Positions 1 through 9,724 of a stretch of 64,000 nucleotides of DNA are shown here, piece by piece. The position numbers and the translations under genes are program-made. Source of the DNA: Nitrospirota bacterium (GTDB taxonomy: Bacteria; Nitrospirota; UBA9217); contig CAVTRN010000001.1 in NCBI GenBank assembly GCA_963737155.1, forward strand, positions 480,001-544,000. The letters run 5' to 3'. How positions within the stretch are numbered: the stretch's first letter is position 1; each line of letters starts with the position of its first letter. The notes under the pieces were generated by a model that saw nothing but the letters and a program-made list of their open reading frames with translations, made no database searches and was not told the DNA's origin.

Positions 1-1
1 C

Positions 2-889
2 TCGACAACAATCACAGTGACATCGGGCACAGTGTCAGCATCTACTACGCTGACGGCAACACCGGCAACGCTCGTTTCCCTGGCAGTAACACCGTCCAGT
101 CCAAGCGTCGCGCTGGGGACAAACAAGCAATTCACTGCAACCGGGACGTATTCCAACGGTACGACGCAAAACCTGACAACGAACGTGACGTGGGGTTCAT
201 CGACTACAGCTGTCGCAGCCATCAGCAACGCCGCGGGTTCAAACGGACTGGCCACCCCGGTAGCTGCGGGTTCGGCAACGATCACGGCAACGTCAGGAAG
301 TATATCAGGATCAACCATATTGACGGTATCTCCGGCAACTTTGATTTCAATTGCCATAACGCCTCTTACTTCTTCTCTCCCGACCGGGTCGACGGAGCAG
401 TTTTCGGCTACCGGCACGTACTCAAACAGCACAACGCAGAACCTGACCACCTTGGCGACCTGGAGTACCTCCAACGCGGGTGTTGCAACGGTCAGCAACG
501 CAGCGGGCTCGAATGGGCATGCCACTGCTGTTGCCGCCGGATCGGCCGTCATTTCAGCTTCCTACGAAGGCGTTTCAGCAACTGCAACTGCCTCACTGAC
601 TATTACGTCTGCGGCTCCGTCCTCAGTTAGTGTAACACTGAGCTGGGCCGCCCCAACATCGTATTCAAATGGAACAACGTTGGTTCCCGCTGATTTATCA
701 TCGTATAAGATATATTATGGATCCGCATCCGGAGTATATACACAGACCGTCAGTGTCCCAAATCCCGGGACCACCACAGTTACCCAGACATTAAACCTCG
801 CGCCCGGGACCTATTACTTTGTCGTCTCGGATGTGGATACCTCAGGCGTGGAAAGTAATTATTCCAACCAAATGTCATCAACAATTTAA
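2..889 (+). CDS. Ig-like (Big_2) repeat surface protein with C-terminal FN3-like domain, 5'-truncated by window
   Basis: Two ~90-aa repeats (LVSLAVTP...QFTATGTYSNGTTQNLT...W.SS...VA.ISN) typical of Big_2/Lig proteins; C-terminal VTLSWAAP...YKIYYG...GTYYFVV...GVES; frame open from base 2. Confidence 0.85.
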   Translation, partial: STTITVTSGTVSASTTLTATPATLVSLAVTPSSPSVALGTNKQFTATGTYSNGTTQNLTTNVTWGSSTTAVAAISNAAGSNGLATPVAAGSATITATSGSISGSTILTVSPATLISIAITPLTSSLPTGSTEQFSATGTYSNSTTQNLTTLATWSTSNAGVATVSNAAGSNGHATAVAAGSAVISASYEGVSATATASLTITSAAPSSVSVTLSWAAPTSYSNGTTLVPADLSSYKIYYGSASGVYTQTVSVPNPGTTTVTQTLNLAPGTYYFVVSDVDTSGVESNYSNQMSSTI

Positions 890-901
890 CTGGAATGCTC
901 A

Positions 902-928
902 CTCCCTCCCCCCGCGCGGGGGAGGGAG
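902..928. terminator. GC-rich hairpin (terminator or REP-like) after the Ig-like gene
   Basis: ctccctcccccc gcgc gggggagggag inverted repeat just downstream of the stop at 889; no clear U-tract. Confidence 0.5.
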
Positions 929-1310
929 ACGAGTGAATATACGACGGTAGGACAAGCCGCCAAAAATGCCAGTAAACAAACAGTATAAACCGATTTCTGC
1001 CCATTACAGCATGCCCTCCCTTGCCTGAACTTTGCATCGCAGTAGATCCCCTCTTTCATTACAAGCTTGGATCTCATTGCCTTATTCGGAGCGACAAAAT
1101 TGAAGGGAGCTGTCTCTCTGCTGCTGACAGCGTGAAGTTGTGAACTTGTCAAATATTTTCATTCCCCTCAGCCTTGGCGTCTCCTCGCTATTAATCTAAA
1201 TAATCCAGTATAACTCAGCAGAAAAGTATATCAATTCAAAATCTCCGGACAGACACAATTTTTTCGTATCCTGTCTTTCTCTTGTTCTATAATAAGTTTA
1301 TGAGCAGGAG

Positions 1311-2048
1311 ATGAGTCCGATGCCTCACAGAATTCTTATTATTGAAGACGACAGGGAAATCGCCCAGCTCGTCGAACTCCATCTCAAGGACGCAGGATAC
1401 CAGGTAATGCTTGCCTATGACGGCGACACCGGTCTCCATTTTGCGCTCTCGAAATCGTTTGATCTAATCATCCTTGACCTTCTTCTTCCGGGCATAGACG
1501 GACTGGAGATCTGCCGCCGTGTCCGCACGGCGCCTGTTTATACGCCAATCCTGATGCTGACCTCGCGTTCTGACGAAATCGACCGCGTCATCGGTCTTGA
1601 AATCGGCGCAGATGATTACCTGACCAAGCCCTTCAGCATTCGAGAGCTGCTGGCGCGGGTAAAAGTGCTTTTCCGCCGCGAACATATGTTTCACAAGGAG
1701 TCGGATAATACCAAGAAAGCCATCCGTGCGGGCGGCATTCTTATTGATCCGGAAAAGCGTAGCGTTACCGTCATGCAAAAAGCGGTAGTTCTCACGGCTA
1801 AAGAATTTGACCTCCTGCTCCACTTTGCCAGGCACCCCGGCCGGGTCTACACGCGCTCGGAGCTGCTGACATTGGTTTGGGGCTATGGTTACGAGGGTTA
1901 CGAACACACGGTCAATTCGCATATCAACCGGCTGAGGGCTAAAATAGAGGCGGATCCGGCCCATCCCCGCTATATTCTGAGTGTCCGGGGTGTCGGGTAC
2001 AAGTTTTCCGATGACGTGAATCCAGATGAGGAGCAGCGTCATGTTTAA
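1311..2048 (+). CDS. OmpR/PhoB-family response regulator
   Basis: Receiver domain (ILIIEDD, LIILD, GADDYLTKPF) plus winged helix (LTAKEFDLL, TVNSHINRLRAKIE, VRGVGYKF). Confidence 0.95.
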   Translation: MSPMPHRILIIEDDREIAQLVELHLKDAGYQVMLAYDGDTGLHFALSKSFDLIILDLLLPGIDGLEICRRVRTAPVYTPILMLTSRSDEIDRVIGLEIGADDYLTKPFSIRELLARVKVLFRREHMFHKESDNTKKAIRAGGILIDPEKRSVTVMQKAVVLTAKEFDLLLHFARHPGRVYTRSELLTLVWGYGYEGYEHTVNSHINRLRAKIEADPAHPRYILSVRGVGYKFSDDVNPDEEQRHV

Positions 2049-3522
2049 AAACCTCTACGCCAAACTGGCTGCGGTTCTTCTCGGTTTATTCCTGGTCATC
2101 GGTGTTTTGTACATTCTTTTGACGCTCTACACCACGCGGCTGTATTTCCAGGAGGTAAACCAGAAGCTCAATCTTATCTTAGCGCAGCACCTGGTTTCGG
2201 AAAAGATCCTCCTCAAAAACGGCAAGGTTGATGAAAACACGCTTCAGAATATTTTTCATATGCTGATGGTTGTGAACCCCGTCATTGAAGTCTATCTCCT
2301 CGGCCCGGATGGAACGATATTGGCCTACTCTGCGCCTCCGGGTAAAGTAAAGCGGCACTCGGTGTCCTTGGAGCCTGTCAGGCGTCTTCTGAGCGGGACC
2401 CCTGCGCTACCCGTGCGAGGTGATGATCCCCGTGACCTTGGACAGAAAAAAGTGTTCTCCGCGGCTCCTATTCTTTTGGACGGGCGCACCGTTGGATATC
2501 TCTATATCATCCTGGGTGGCGAGCAATTTGAGACAGCAGCCGGTTTGCTTCAGCGCAGTTATATTCTTCGGCTCAGCTCGTGGGCTGGGGCAGGGGGCCT
2601 GGTGTTCACTCTGCTGGCGGCACTTTTGCTGTTCAACCGCATGACACTGCGGCTTCGGCTTCTCACATCATCCATGGAAATGTTCCGCCAGGGCGATTTC
2701 GCAGAGCCTCCCCGCCTTCCGGCCAGGTTCACGGTCCAGCGCGGAGATGAAATCGACAAAATGGGATCCATTTTCATCCAAATGGCAGACCGCATAGCCC
2801 GTCAGATCAAGGACCTGAAGGACGCCGACCTGCATCGGAGAGAGATGGTGGCCAATATCACCCATGATCTGCGAACGCCGCTCACGTCGCTTCAAGGCTA
2901 TCTAGAGACCTTGCTCATGAAAGCAAATGCGCTGACCACGGACGAGCAACGGTACTACCTTACGATAGCCCTCAAGCGTTCCGATCAGCTACGAAGGCTG
3001 GTCACCGGGCTCTTTGAACTTGCAAAACTAGACTCCCCCGATGTCCGAGTTCATTTCGAACCGTTCCATCTCGACGATCTGATCCAGGATATTCTGCAGA
3101 AGTTTCATCTTGCTGCAGAGGAAAAAAAGATTGCCCTCCGCATGAATATCCCGGATGAGGCTCCCCTAGCTTTTGCAGATATCGAGCTTGCCGAGCGGGT
3201 ATTTGAAAATCTTATCGATAACGCGATCAGGCATACCCCAGGGGACGGCACAGTGACGATCTCCGCTGTGCTCGAGGAGGCGCGGATAAAAGTGATAATC
3301 TCAGACACCGGCTCCGGCTTGGCGCCGGATGATCTCGCGCATCTTTTTGACCGGAATTATCGAAGGGAGAGAATTCGCGGCGGCGACCGGGCGGGACTGG
3401 GCCTCATCGTCGTCAGGAGAATTTTGGAGCTTCATAACAGCGACATCTACGTCAGTAGCGGGATCAACGCGGGCGCGACTTTCACCTTCTTTCTTCCAGC
3501 TTATCAGGGAACATCGTCATGA
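2041..3522 (+). CDS. HAMP-domain sensor histidine kinase
   Basis: Two TM segments, H-box ITHDLRTPLT, N-box NLIDNAIRH, G1 DTGSG, G2 GLGL; overlaps the regulator's stop. Confidence 0.95.
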   Translation: MFKNLYAKLAAVLLGLFLVIGVLYILLTLYTTRLYFQEVNQKLNLILAQHLVSEKILLKNGKVDENTLQNIFHMLMVVNPVIEVYLLGPDGTILAYSAPPGKVKRHSVSLEPVRRLLSGTPALPVRGDDPRDLGQKKVFSAAPILLDGRTVGYLYIILGGEQFETAAGLLQRSYILRLSSWAGAGGLVFTLLAALLLFNRMTLRLRLLTSSMEMFRQGDFAEPPRLPARFTVQRGDEIDKMGSIFIQMADRIARQIKDLKDADLHRREMVANITHDLRTPLTSLQGYLETLLMKANALTTDEQRYYLTIALKRSDQLRRLVTGLFELAKLDSPDVRVHFEPFHLDDLIQDILQKFHLAAEEKKIALRMNIPDEAPLAFADIELAERVFENLIDNAIRHTPGDGTVTISAVLEEARIKVIISDTGSGLAPDDLAHLFDRNYRRERIRGGDRAGLGLIVVRRILELHNSDIYVSSGINAGATFTFFLPAYQGTSS

Positions 3523-3589
3523 TCTGCGTCGGATCGCCTGCGACTCAGCCTTAGGTCCCCTTCTCTTTCGGGACGAACATTTTACCTTC

Positions 3590-3607
3590 CCGTGATAAAT
3601 CCGTGAT
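3590..3607 (+). promoter_or_regulatory. Putative OmpR-family binding direct repeat upstream of msrAB
   Basis: ccgtgat-aaat-ccgtgat with an 11-bp period. Confidence 0.45.
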
Positions 3608-3745
3608 CTGATTGTAGTATCGTTTGTTCAGTTGGCACAGCATAGAACCAGAGCAAATGTTGAATGCTGGCAAACTTGGCAAAAAGGGTCTCATCGGAAT
3701 AATCGTTGTGGGGTATAATATATAGAAGAAAGAGAGGACTTCGTT

Positions 3746-4837
3746 ATGACAACTAAAATATTACTGGGATCGCTGCTCGTTCTGCCGCTTCTGTTTGCTG
3801 AGGCAAATGCCGGTGGTATGAATCATTTTGAGAAAGCAACCTTTGCCGGAGGTTGTTTCTGGTGCATGACGCCGCCTTTTGAAAAACTGGACGGGGTCAA
3901 GGAAGTCATATCCGGATACACCGGTGGGCATACGGTCAATCCAACCTACGAAGACGTAACATCGGAGACGACAGGGCACCTTGAATCCATCGAAGTCATC
4001 TATGATCCTGCAAAAATCAGCTATGAAAAACTGCTTGACGTTTTCTGGAGGCAAATCAATCCCACCGATGCAGGGGGCCAGTTTGTAGACCGCGGACCAT
4101 CGTACAAGACGGCGATTTTCTATCACAATGAAGAGCAGAAGCAACTCGCTGATGAATCGAAGAAAAAACTTGCAGAGTCGGGGCGTTTTGATAAGCCAAT
4201 TGTCACTGAGATCCGGCCTGCCGGCCCTTTTTACGCTGCCGAAGAATATCACCAGGACTACTGGAAGAAAAATCCCATCCGGTATAAATTCTACCGCTAT
4301 AATTCCGGCCGCGATCAGTATCTAGAAAAAATATGGGGAAAGGATGCTGCGATGCATTCAATATCTGAGAAAAAAACAATCGATCCCAATGGTGCATTCG
4401 TCAAGCCATCCCAGGCCGAACTTGCAAAAATGCTCACTCCCCTGCAATACGATGTTACACAGAAGGGAGGCACTGAGCCGGCATTCCATAATGAATACTG
4501 GGACAATCACAAACCAGGCATTTATGTGGACATCGTTTCCGGAGAGCCGCTGTTCAGTTCACTTGATAAATATGACTCCGGAACGGGATGGCCAAGCTTC
4601 AGCAAGCCCCTCGAACCCGGCAACATCGTGACCAAGGAAGACCGGACCTGGTATCTTGCCGTCCGCACCGAGGTCCTGAGCAAGAAGGCAGGCTCGCACC
4701 TCGGTCATGTATTCGATGACGGCCCCAAACCTACGGGACTGCGCTATTGCATGAATTCGGCGGCGCTCAGGTTCATTCCCGCACAGGACCTGGTAAAGGA
4801 TGGGTATGGGGAATATGCACAACTCTTCGAGAAATGA
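3746..4837 (+). CDS. msrAB: Peptide methionine sulfoxide reductase MsrA/MsrB fusion with signal peptide
   Basis: GGCFWC and AEEYHQDY (MsrA); [14 protein letters not shown] and RYCMNS (MsrB); hydrophobic N-terminus ending ANA. Confidence 0.97.
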   Translation: MTTKILLGSLLVLPLLFAEANAGGMNHFEKATFAGGCFWCMTPPFEKLDGVKEVISGYTGGHTVNPTYEDVTSETTGHLESIEVIYDPAKISYEKLLDVFWRQINPTDAGGQFVDRGPSYKTAIFYHNEEQKQLADESKKKLAESGRFDKPIVTEIRPAGPFYAAEEYHQDYWKKNPIRYKFYRYNSGRDQYLEKIWGKDAAMHSISEKKTIDPNGAFVKPSQAELAKMLTPLQYDVTQKGGTEPAFHNEYWDNHKPGIYVDIVSGEPLFSSLDKYDSGTGWPSFSKPLEPGNIVTKEDRTWYLAVRTEVLSKKAGSHLGHVFDDGPKPTGLRYCMNSAALRFIPAQDLVKDGYGEYAQLFEK

Positions 4838-4927
4838 TCATTCCCGAAGAATTGATGCCAGCAAGGACATCTGATTGCATTTTCTCTCGGAAAAGAGGAA
4901 AAATATGCCTTGAAATTTTGCACTCTT

Positions 4928-5351
4928 GATCCTTGGGGGACGTCCGTTGCCAGACGTCCCCCAAGGATCTGTGCGAAAAGAATTACTTCGCACGGCTCCT
5001 ACCTTGGATAACTCAGGTAAAGCTTATGGTTTGGGTTGCCTTAAGCCTTCTGCTTCATGTATTGTATCCTGCAAAAGTCTGAGTTCAGGTTGCAGCCGCC
5101 TCTCCAGGATTTCCCTTGATAAGCAGCTTTTCTCCCGAACCTCGGCCACAGCGTGGGCAACGGATTATTTTGTTCGGCCCTTCCTTGTTACCAGCCGATG
5201 TCAGACTGCTCAACACCGTAAGTAAAGATTGTGGTTACTGGCCTTCCTTCCAAGTGGTATTGAAATATGCTTGTCGAACACTCCTCTCTCGCTCTCCCTT
5301 TCACGTGACCGAGTATCACAGGAGCACCTCTGAAGGAATGCCAGACCGCAG
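4928..5351 (-). ncRNA. ORF-less degenerate group II intron-like RNA (bacterial class E-like)
   Basis: Minus strand: DV-like GGAGCCGTGCGAAGTAATTCTTTTCGCACAGATCC (4999-4965, AGC triad), then DVI-like GGGGGACGTCTGGCAACGGACGTCCCC; upstream DII/DIII-like gagcagtctgac...gaagggccgaacaaa...ggagaaaag...caagggaaat; 5' end approximate (CTGCG at 5351). Confidence 0.7.
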
Positions 5352-5434
5352 CGCGTACTCAAGCGTAAATTGAATAAATACGCCCTCCTCTTTATAAACG
5401 CTTACGTGATGAAAGCACTAACGCTACCGTCACG

Positions 5435-5686
5435 CTACGACTCTACCAAGCACAGGTCATTATCGCCAAACTGACAATCATCAGGCAGGATAGTCTGTTC
5501 GCCGTGTCCCTTGATCGTTTTTTTGATTGCCTGAAAATCTCCCTGCTCTGCATGATCGATATTGGGAGTCACCGGTTCGGCCTCGCGGATTTCTTCCATC
5601 TCGTCCCGAAACGCCCTCACTTCGTAGGCCTCGGTCAATGTTTCATAATCTGCTGATTCTACAGTTTTTTTAACAGTCCGTTTCAT
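5435..5686 (-). CDS. Small acidic hypothetical protein (83 aa)
   Basis: ORF with GGGAGG RBS upstream of ATG; no recognised domain. Confidence 0.65.
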   Translation of the reverse strand: MKRTVKKTVESADYETLTEAYEVRAFRDEMEEIREAEPVTPNIDHAEQGDFQAIKKTIKGHGEQTILPDDCQFGDNDLCLVES

Positions 5687-6122
5687 TGCCCTTGCCTCCC
5701 TTCCTGTCGCGCGCTTTTTTAGGTCGCTTCAGGTTTAAGTATGGGAGCACCCAATATTTTGGTATAGGCTGTTTTCGTACTGAAATCAATAACCGACTGA
5801 TTATGCAAGGCTTTTCACCTTACCGCTAGAGTTTTGTTTGTTCTTTTCCTCTCTGCCATGTTTTGGTGCATCCCACACTCGTCCACAGTCTTTACTGAAG
5901 GACCTCTTTAAGTATAGCACCGGCATGAGGGGTCCTTTTTTAGACAATTTTTTGACGGGTTGCGACGGATAAAATATCAACTCGACCTTGCAGCACAATC
6001 TTTATCAAACGTTCCGCGTCCTTCTCTCCTGCTGCCAATCCGCCACGATCTCGATATCCTAGGGGTGGAATACTGTTTATATTTATATTGTATAATATAA
6101 TTTTATATGATATAATGTATTT

Positions 6123-6687
6123 ATGAAGCTAAGCGTATGGGCAAAGCAACAAGGTATAACCTATCAAGCGGCATGGAAATGGTGGAAGGCTGGCAAGCTG
6201 CCGGTTGAGGCTGAGCAGATGCCTACCGGAACCATCATTATAAAAGAGCAGAAAACTGCCCAAGGTTCTGTTGCTCTTTATGCCCGGGTATCCAGTCATG
6301 ACCAAAAGAAAGACCTGGACGGACAGCTCGGAAGGTTCCGCATATGCCGCTTCCAAAGGGTTGTCAGTTTCAAAAGCGGTGTCCGAGGTTGGTTCCGGTC
6401 TTAATGGGCACAGGCAAAAACTCATGAAGCTGCTTGCCGACTCCAACGTCAGTATTATTGTCGCCTTGCATCGCGACCGGCTTATGCGGTTTGGGTCTGA
6501 GTATGTAGAATCGGCACTTCGAGCTCAAGGTCGTCAACTTATTATTGTAGACCAGACCGAGCTAAAGGACGATCTGGTGCTGGACATGATTGAAGTATTG
6601 ACATCGTTTTGCGCAAGGCTCTACGGACGCCGGTCAGCGGCCAATAAAGCAAAAAAAGCTCTGGAGGCCATGGAAAATGGCAAGTAA
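6123..6687 (+). pseudogene. tnpA: IS607 transposase TnpA (HTH + serine recombinase), frameshifted near 6337
   Basis: MKLSVWAKQQGITY...YARVSSHDQKKDL in one frame continues as AYAASKGL...EVGSGLNGHR...DRLMRFG...LTSFCARLYGRRSA in the +1 frame. Confidence 0.9.
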
Positions 6688-8365
6688 TAAGGATAAAATG
6701 GGCAAGAGCGGCAAAAGTGAAGCACTTTCTTTTACCGCTCAAACTTTGCTGATTGACATGTCTTACCTGGACACAAAGAAGTCTCTTTATCATGTTCTTG
6801 ACGATATCGGCGACTCATACGGGCACATCAAACGCTCTCTCTTTAAAGACAGCGTTCGTTCCGGCAACAAACCCATTTCATTCAAAAATGAGTATCTTGT
6901 CAGGTATGGTATCACCGCCCGGCAGTTTAACGCTATCCACTACGATCTTGACGGCAATATCAGCTCCGCGGTTGAGGTATTGAAACTGCGGGTTGAAAAG
7001 CTCGAGCACAAAATAAAATCTGCGAGAAAATGGATTAAAACCAGAGAGAACAATGTCATTGACATACGCAAAGACACGGAATTGTCCGAATATGAGAAAA
7101 CGACCAGCGTGAAGTCTCTCCGTTTTGCGGTCCATAACAAAAAACGGAAGCTCCATTCATCGGAGCAGAAACTGGAAAAGCTGAAATACGATTTGGACAA
7201 AGGCCGAATCAGGATTTGCTTTGGGACAAAGAAACTTTTCCACAAGCAGTTTAACCTTTCTGAAAACGGTTATAAATCCCACAATAACTGGCTGTCTGCC
7301 TGGAAGGCTGCCCGAAGCTCTTCATCGTTTTGTCTGGGATCGAAGGATGAAACGGCCGGCAACCAGACCTGCACGCTTGGCGTCGACGGGTCGCTCAGGA
7401 TACGGGTCCCAAACTATCTTGTCAAAAAATACGGTAAACACATCATGGTGCCTACCGTAACATATCCTTACGGGCAGGAATATATTGAGCAGGCACTCCT
7501 GCGCGGCCAGGCAATCACCCACCGTTTTGTCCGTGGCGAGAAAGGTTGGTATCTGTATTCATCGGTTGATATCCCCCAAAGAGAAACAGTAACCGGGAAA
7601 CCGCAAGAAATCGGATGTATTGGCGTAGATGCAAACGAAAAAGAGATTGCTGTTTCCGAGACTGACCGGTTCGGCAATCTTGTCTGGTACACAACGTATG
7701 CTGCATGTATAAAAGACAGAACCACGGAACAGACCGAGGCAACTTACGGTGATATCTGCGTCGGCATTATCGACCGGTCAATTAAAACAGGGAAACCCGT
7801 CGCTCATGAAACTCTTGACTTCGAAAAGAAGAAAGCATCTCTTAAGGAACAGGGAGTAACGTATGCGCGGATGCTGTCCGGGTTCGCCTATTCCACCTTT
7901 TTAAACATGCTTGACCGCAGAGCATTTAAGGCAGGCGTCGGTGTGCTCTCCGTGAATCCTGCTTACACATCCGTTATCGGCAGAAACAATTATATGTCTA
8001 TTCATGGCATTTCGCCGCATGAAGCAGCGGCGCTTGCTATCGCGAGAAGAGTTCAAGGATATTCCGAGTCTCCCATACCAAGCAGAACCGCCTCCCCTCT
8101 ACCTGTAAGGAATCGAGAGGAGCACGTCTGGAAGTTTTGGAGCAAGATGAAGACTCGGGGAGGTTGTGGAAATCATCACAGTCTCTACCAACGACGGTCC
8201 TTACAGGACTCCCCAGGCTGCGCTGAATTGCAGAAGAAGCCATCATCCCGTCGACAGCGCAATTCTCCGGGCCACCTGCCAGCAGCAGTCTTGCTGAAAA
8301 GGCGCCAGAAGCAATCCCGATCAGCAAACAACGGGACTTGGGCGAATCAGGGCGGGAATCCCTGA
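6677..8365 (+). CDS. tnpB: TnpB-like RNA-guided nuclease (IS607-associated, no zinc finger)
   Basis: RuvC-I IGVDANE, RuvC-II AHETLDF, VNPAYTS, and RuvC-III-like SPHEAAALAIARR; no CxxC pairs between them; follows tnpA. Confidence 0.88.
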   Translation: MASNKDKMGKSGKSEALSFTAQTLLIDMSYLDTKKSLYHVLDDIGDSYGHIKRSLFKDSVRSGNKPISFKNEYLVRYGITARQFNAIHYDLDGNISSAVEVLKLRVEKLEHKIKSARKWIKTRENNVIDIRKDTELSEYEKTTSVKSLRFAVHNKKRKLHSSEQKLEKLKYDLDKGRIRICFGTKKLFHKQFNLSENGYKSHNNWLSAWKAARSSSSFCLGSKDETAGNQTCTLGVDGSLRIRVPNYLVKKYGKHIMVPTVTYPYGQEYIEQALLRGQAITHRFVRGEKGWYLYSSVDIPQRETVTGKPQEIGCIGVDANEKEIAVSETDRFGNLVWYTTYAACIKDRTTEQTEATYGDICVGIIDRSIKTGKPVAHETLDFEKKKASLKEQGVTYARMLSGFAYSTFLNMLDRRAFKAGVGVLSVNPAYTSVIGRNNYMSIHGISPHEAAALAIARRVQGYSESPIPSRTASPLPVRNREEHVWKFWSKMKTRGGCGNHHSLYQRRSLQDSPGCAELQKKPSSRRQRNSPGHLPAAVLLKRRQKQSRSANNGTWANQGGNP

Positions 8366-8458
8366 CGTTAACCGGCAGCAGCACTGTTCGGCTGCCGTCA
8401 TAGTTATGAGAAATAAAATACTATGTTTTTAGGAACGGCGTTTGCACATGATCAGGTA
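8300..8458 (+). ncRNA. Predicted TnpB omegaRNA (scaffold in right end, guide from flank)
   Basis: Hairpins ggcagc...gctgcc (8374-8396) and catagt...actatg (8399-8425) just before the right end; position as for known TnpB omegaRNAs; 5' boundary is a guess. Confidence 0.5.
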
Positions 8459-8995
8459 GGGAGCGTAGCTCGGTTAAGCCGATGAGACGAGTCAACTGCA
8501 TGATCCAGCGATCTGGCCTCCTCCTCGACGAAACTGACATAAAAAATCATAAAATTAAGCATATCATAAAAGCGATCAATTGGCTTACTGGCACTAGACG
8601 CTTAGGGCGAGAATGTTACAGTTGCAACCTCTGGCAGAAAGATAATCAAAAAGGTCCGCATTCCCCCCATCCTGATGCTTCGCGCCCGGCTGGGGAAATG
8701 CGCGGTCCATGATTCATAACCATTCCAGTTCGGGCGGATACTCCATACGGCTTGCACCAATGGGTCAAAGATTATCTTGAAGCGGCGAAGAACATACTTT
8801 ATAATAATTCGACTTATTCGACGCTCGATAATTTTGTAAATCTGGTTTGTCATGCTGCTAAAAGCGCACTGTTAACTCTGGCCCAGACAAACTAGAACCA
8901 ATGCTTTTGTCTTGTTTTTGTCATTCGTGTCAAGCTTCATGTTTTATCATTTTCTTTCCCTGTTGAGAATGTTTAGATTCCTCAATTACTAACGT

Positions 8996-9724
8996 ATGCT
9001 GACACCATCGCCTCTCAATAACGTAAGCATCCTGCTTGTCAATACCCGTACGCCAGCGAATGTCGGTGCGACGGCGCGGTGCATGATGAACATGGGCATG
9101 AACAGGCTAGTGCTCGTGAATCCCCCGCAGGACCAGAACAACGAAGCCGGCAAACTCGCCGCTGGTGCCGATGAAGTTTTGAAGAATGCCGTTGTCGCAG
9201 TTTCCCTTGCCGACGCAATCGCCGATCAGCACCTCGTTATTGGGACGTCTCGTCATCCCGGCAGATTGCGAAAGAATGTCCGCACTCCCCGCGAAGCTGC
9301 GGAAGCAATAGTCCCTCTGCTGGTGAAAAACAGAATCGCCGTTGTCTTCGGTAACGAAGTGAACGGACTGGATTTGCAGGATCTATCGCTCTGTCATGAA
9401 ATCATAGCCATTCCCTCCTCCCCCTCTTTCCCTTCATTGAACATCTCCCACGCTGTCATGGTGGTTGCCTATGAATTTTTCTGCGCTTCCGCTGTCGGCA
9501 GCCGCCCCTCGTCTGCGGAGTTGTCGTCGGCTGGAGAGCTAGAGAACTTTTATCGTCATTTGCAGGAAACCCTCCTGGCGGTCGGCTTCCTCGAACAGGA
9601 CCATCCCGAACGGATCATGTTCTCACTTCGACAGATGTTCGGCAGATCGCGGCTGGAAGCCAGGGATATCAAAATTTTGAGAGGAATACTGAGTTCCATC
9701 GGAAGAATGCGCTCGAATTGCTGA
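8996..9724 (+). CDS. trmJ: TrmJ/LasT-family SPOUT tRNA methyltransferase
   Basis: PANVGATARCMMNMG, VFGNEVNGL, FPSLNISHAV, ILRGIL. Confidence 0.88.
   Translation: MLTPSPLNNVSILLVNTRTPANVGATARCMMNMGMNRLVLVNPPQDQNNEAGKLAAGADEVLKNAVVAVSLADAIADQHLVIGTSRHPGRLRKNVRTPREAAEAIVPLLVKNRIAVVFGNEVNGLDLQDLSLCHEIIAIPSSPSFPSLNISHAVMVVAYEFFCASAVGSRPSSAELSSAGELENFYRHLQETLLAVGFLEQDHPERIMFSLRQMFGRSRLEARDIKILRGILSSIGRMRSNC

Larger units (their letters stand above)
6067..8438 (+). mobile_element. IS607-family insertion sequence (tnpA + tnpB)
   Basis: Serine-recombinase tnpA followed by tnpB; AT-rich left end after ...ggtGG (6067-6068); right end ...ttaggaacGG (8437-8438); GG core fits IS607 insertion; exact ends inferred. 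Confidence 0.8.

Noticed and set aside
4928-4969. Rho-independent terminator for msrAB
   Set aside because: No U-tract in either direction; better explained as altered intron domain VI.
6067-6122. IStron (group I intron in the IS607 left end)
   Set aside because: Only about 55 bp of AT-rich DNA precede tnpA, leaving no room for a ribozyme; the nearby intron relic is group II and lies outside the IS.
5940-8501. ORF restored by excising IS607 (MQLTRLIG...HVQTPPLGYRD...QKIV, minus strand)
   Set aside because: The frame is open across the inferred empty site but short and has no recognisable motif; flanks look decayed, so it is not called.
8439-8900. CRISPR array next to the Cas12n-like TnpB
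   Set aside because: No repeat-spacer pattern, and tnpA is adjacent, so it is a transposon TnpB.
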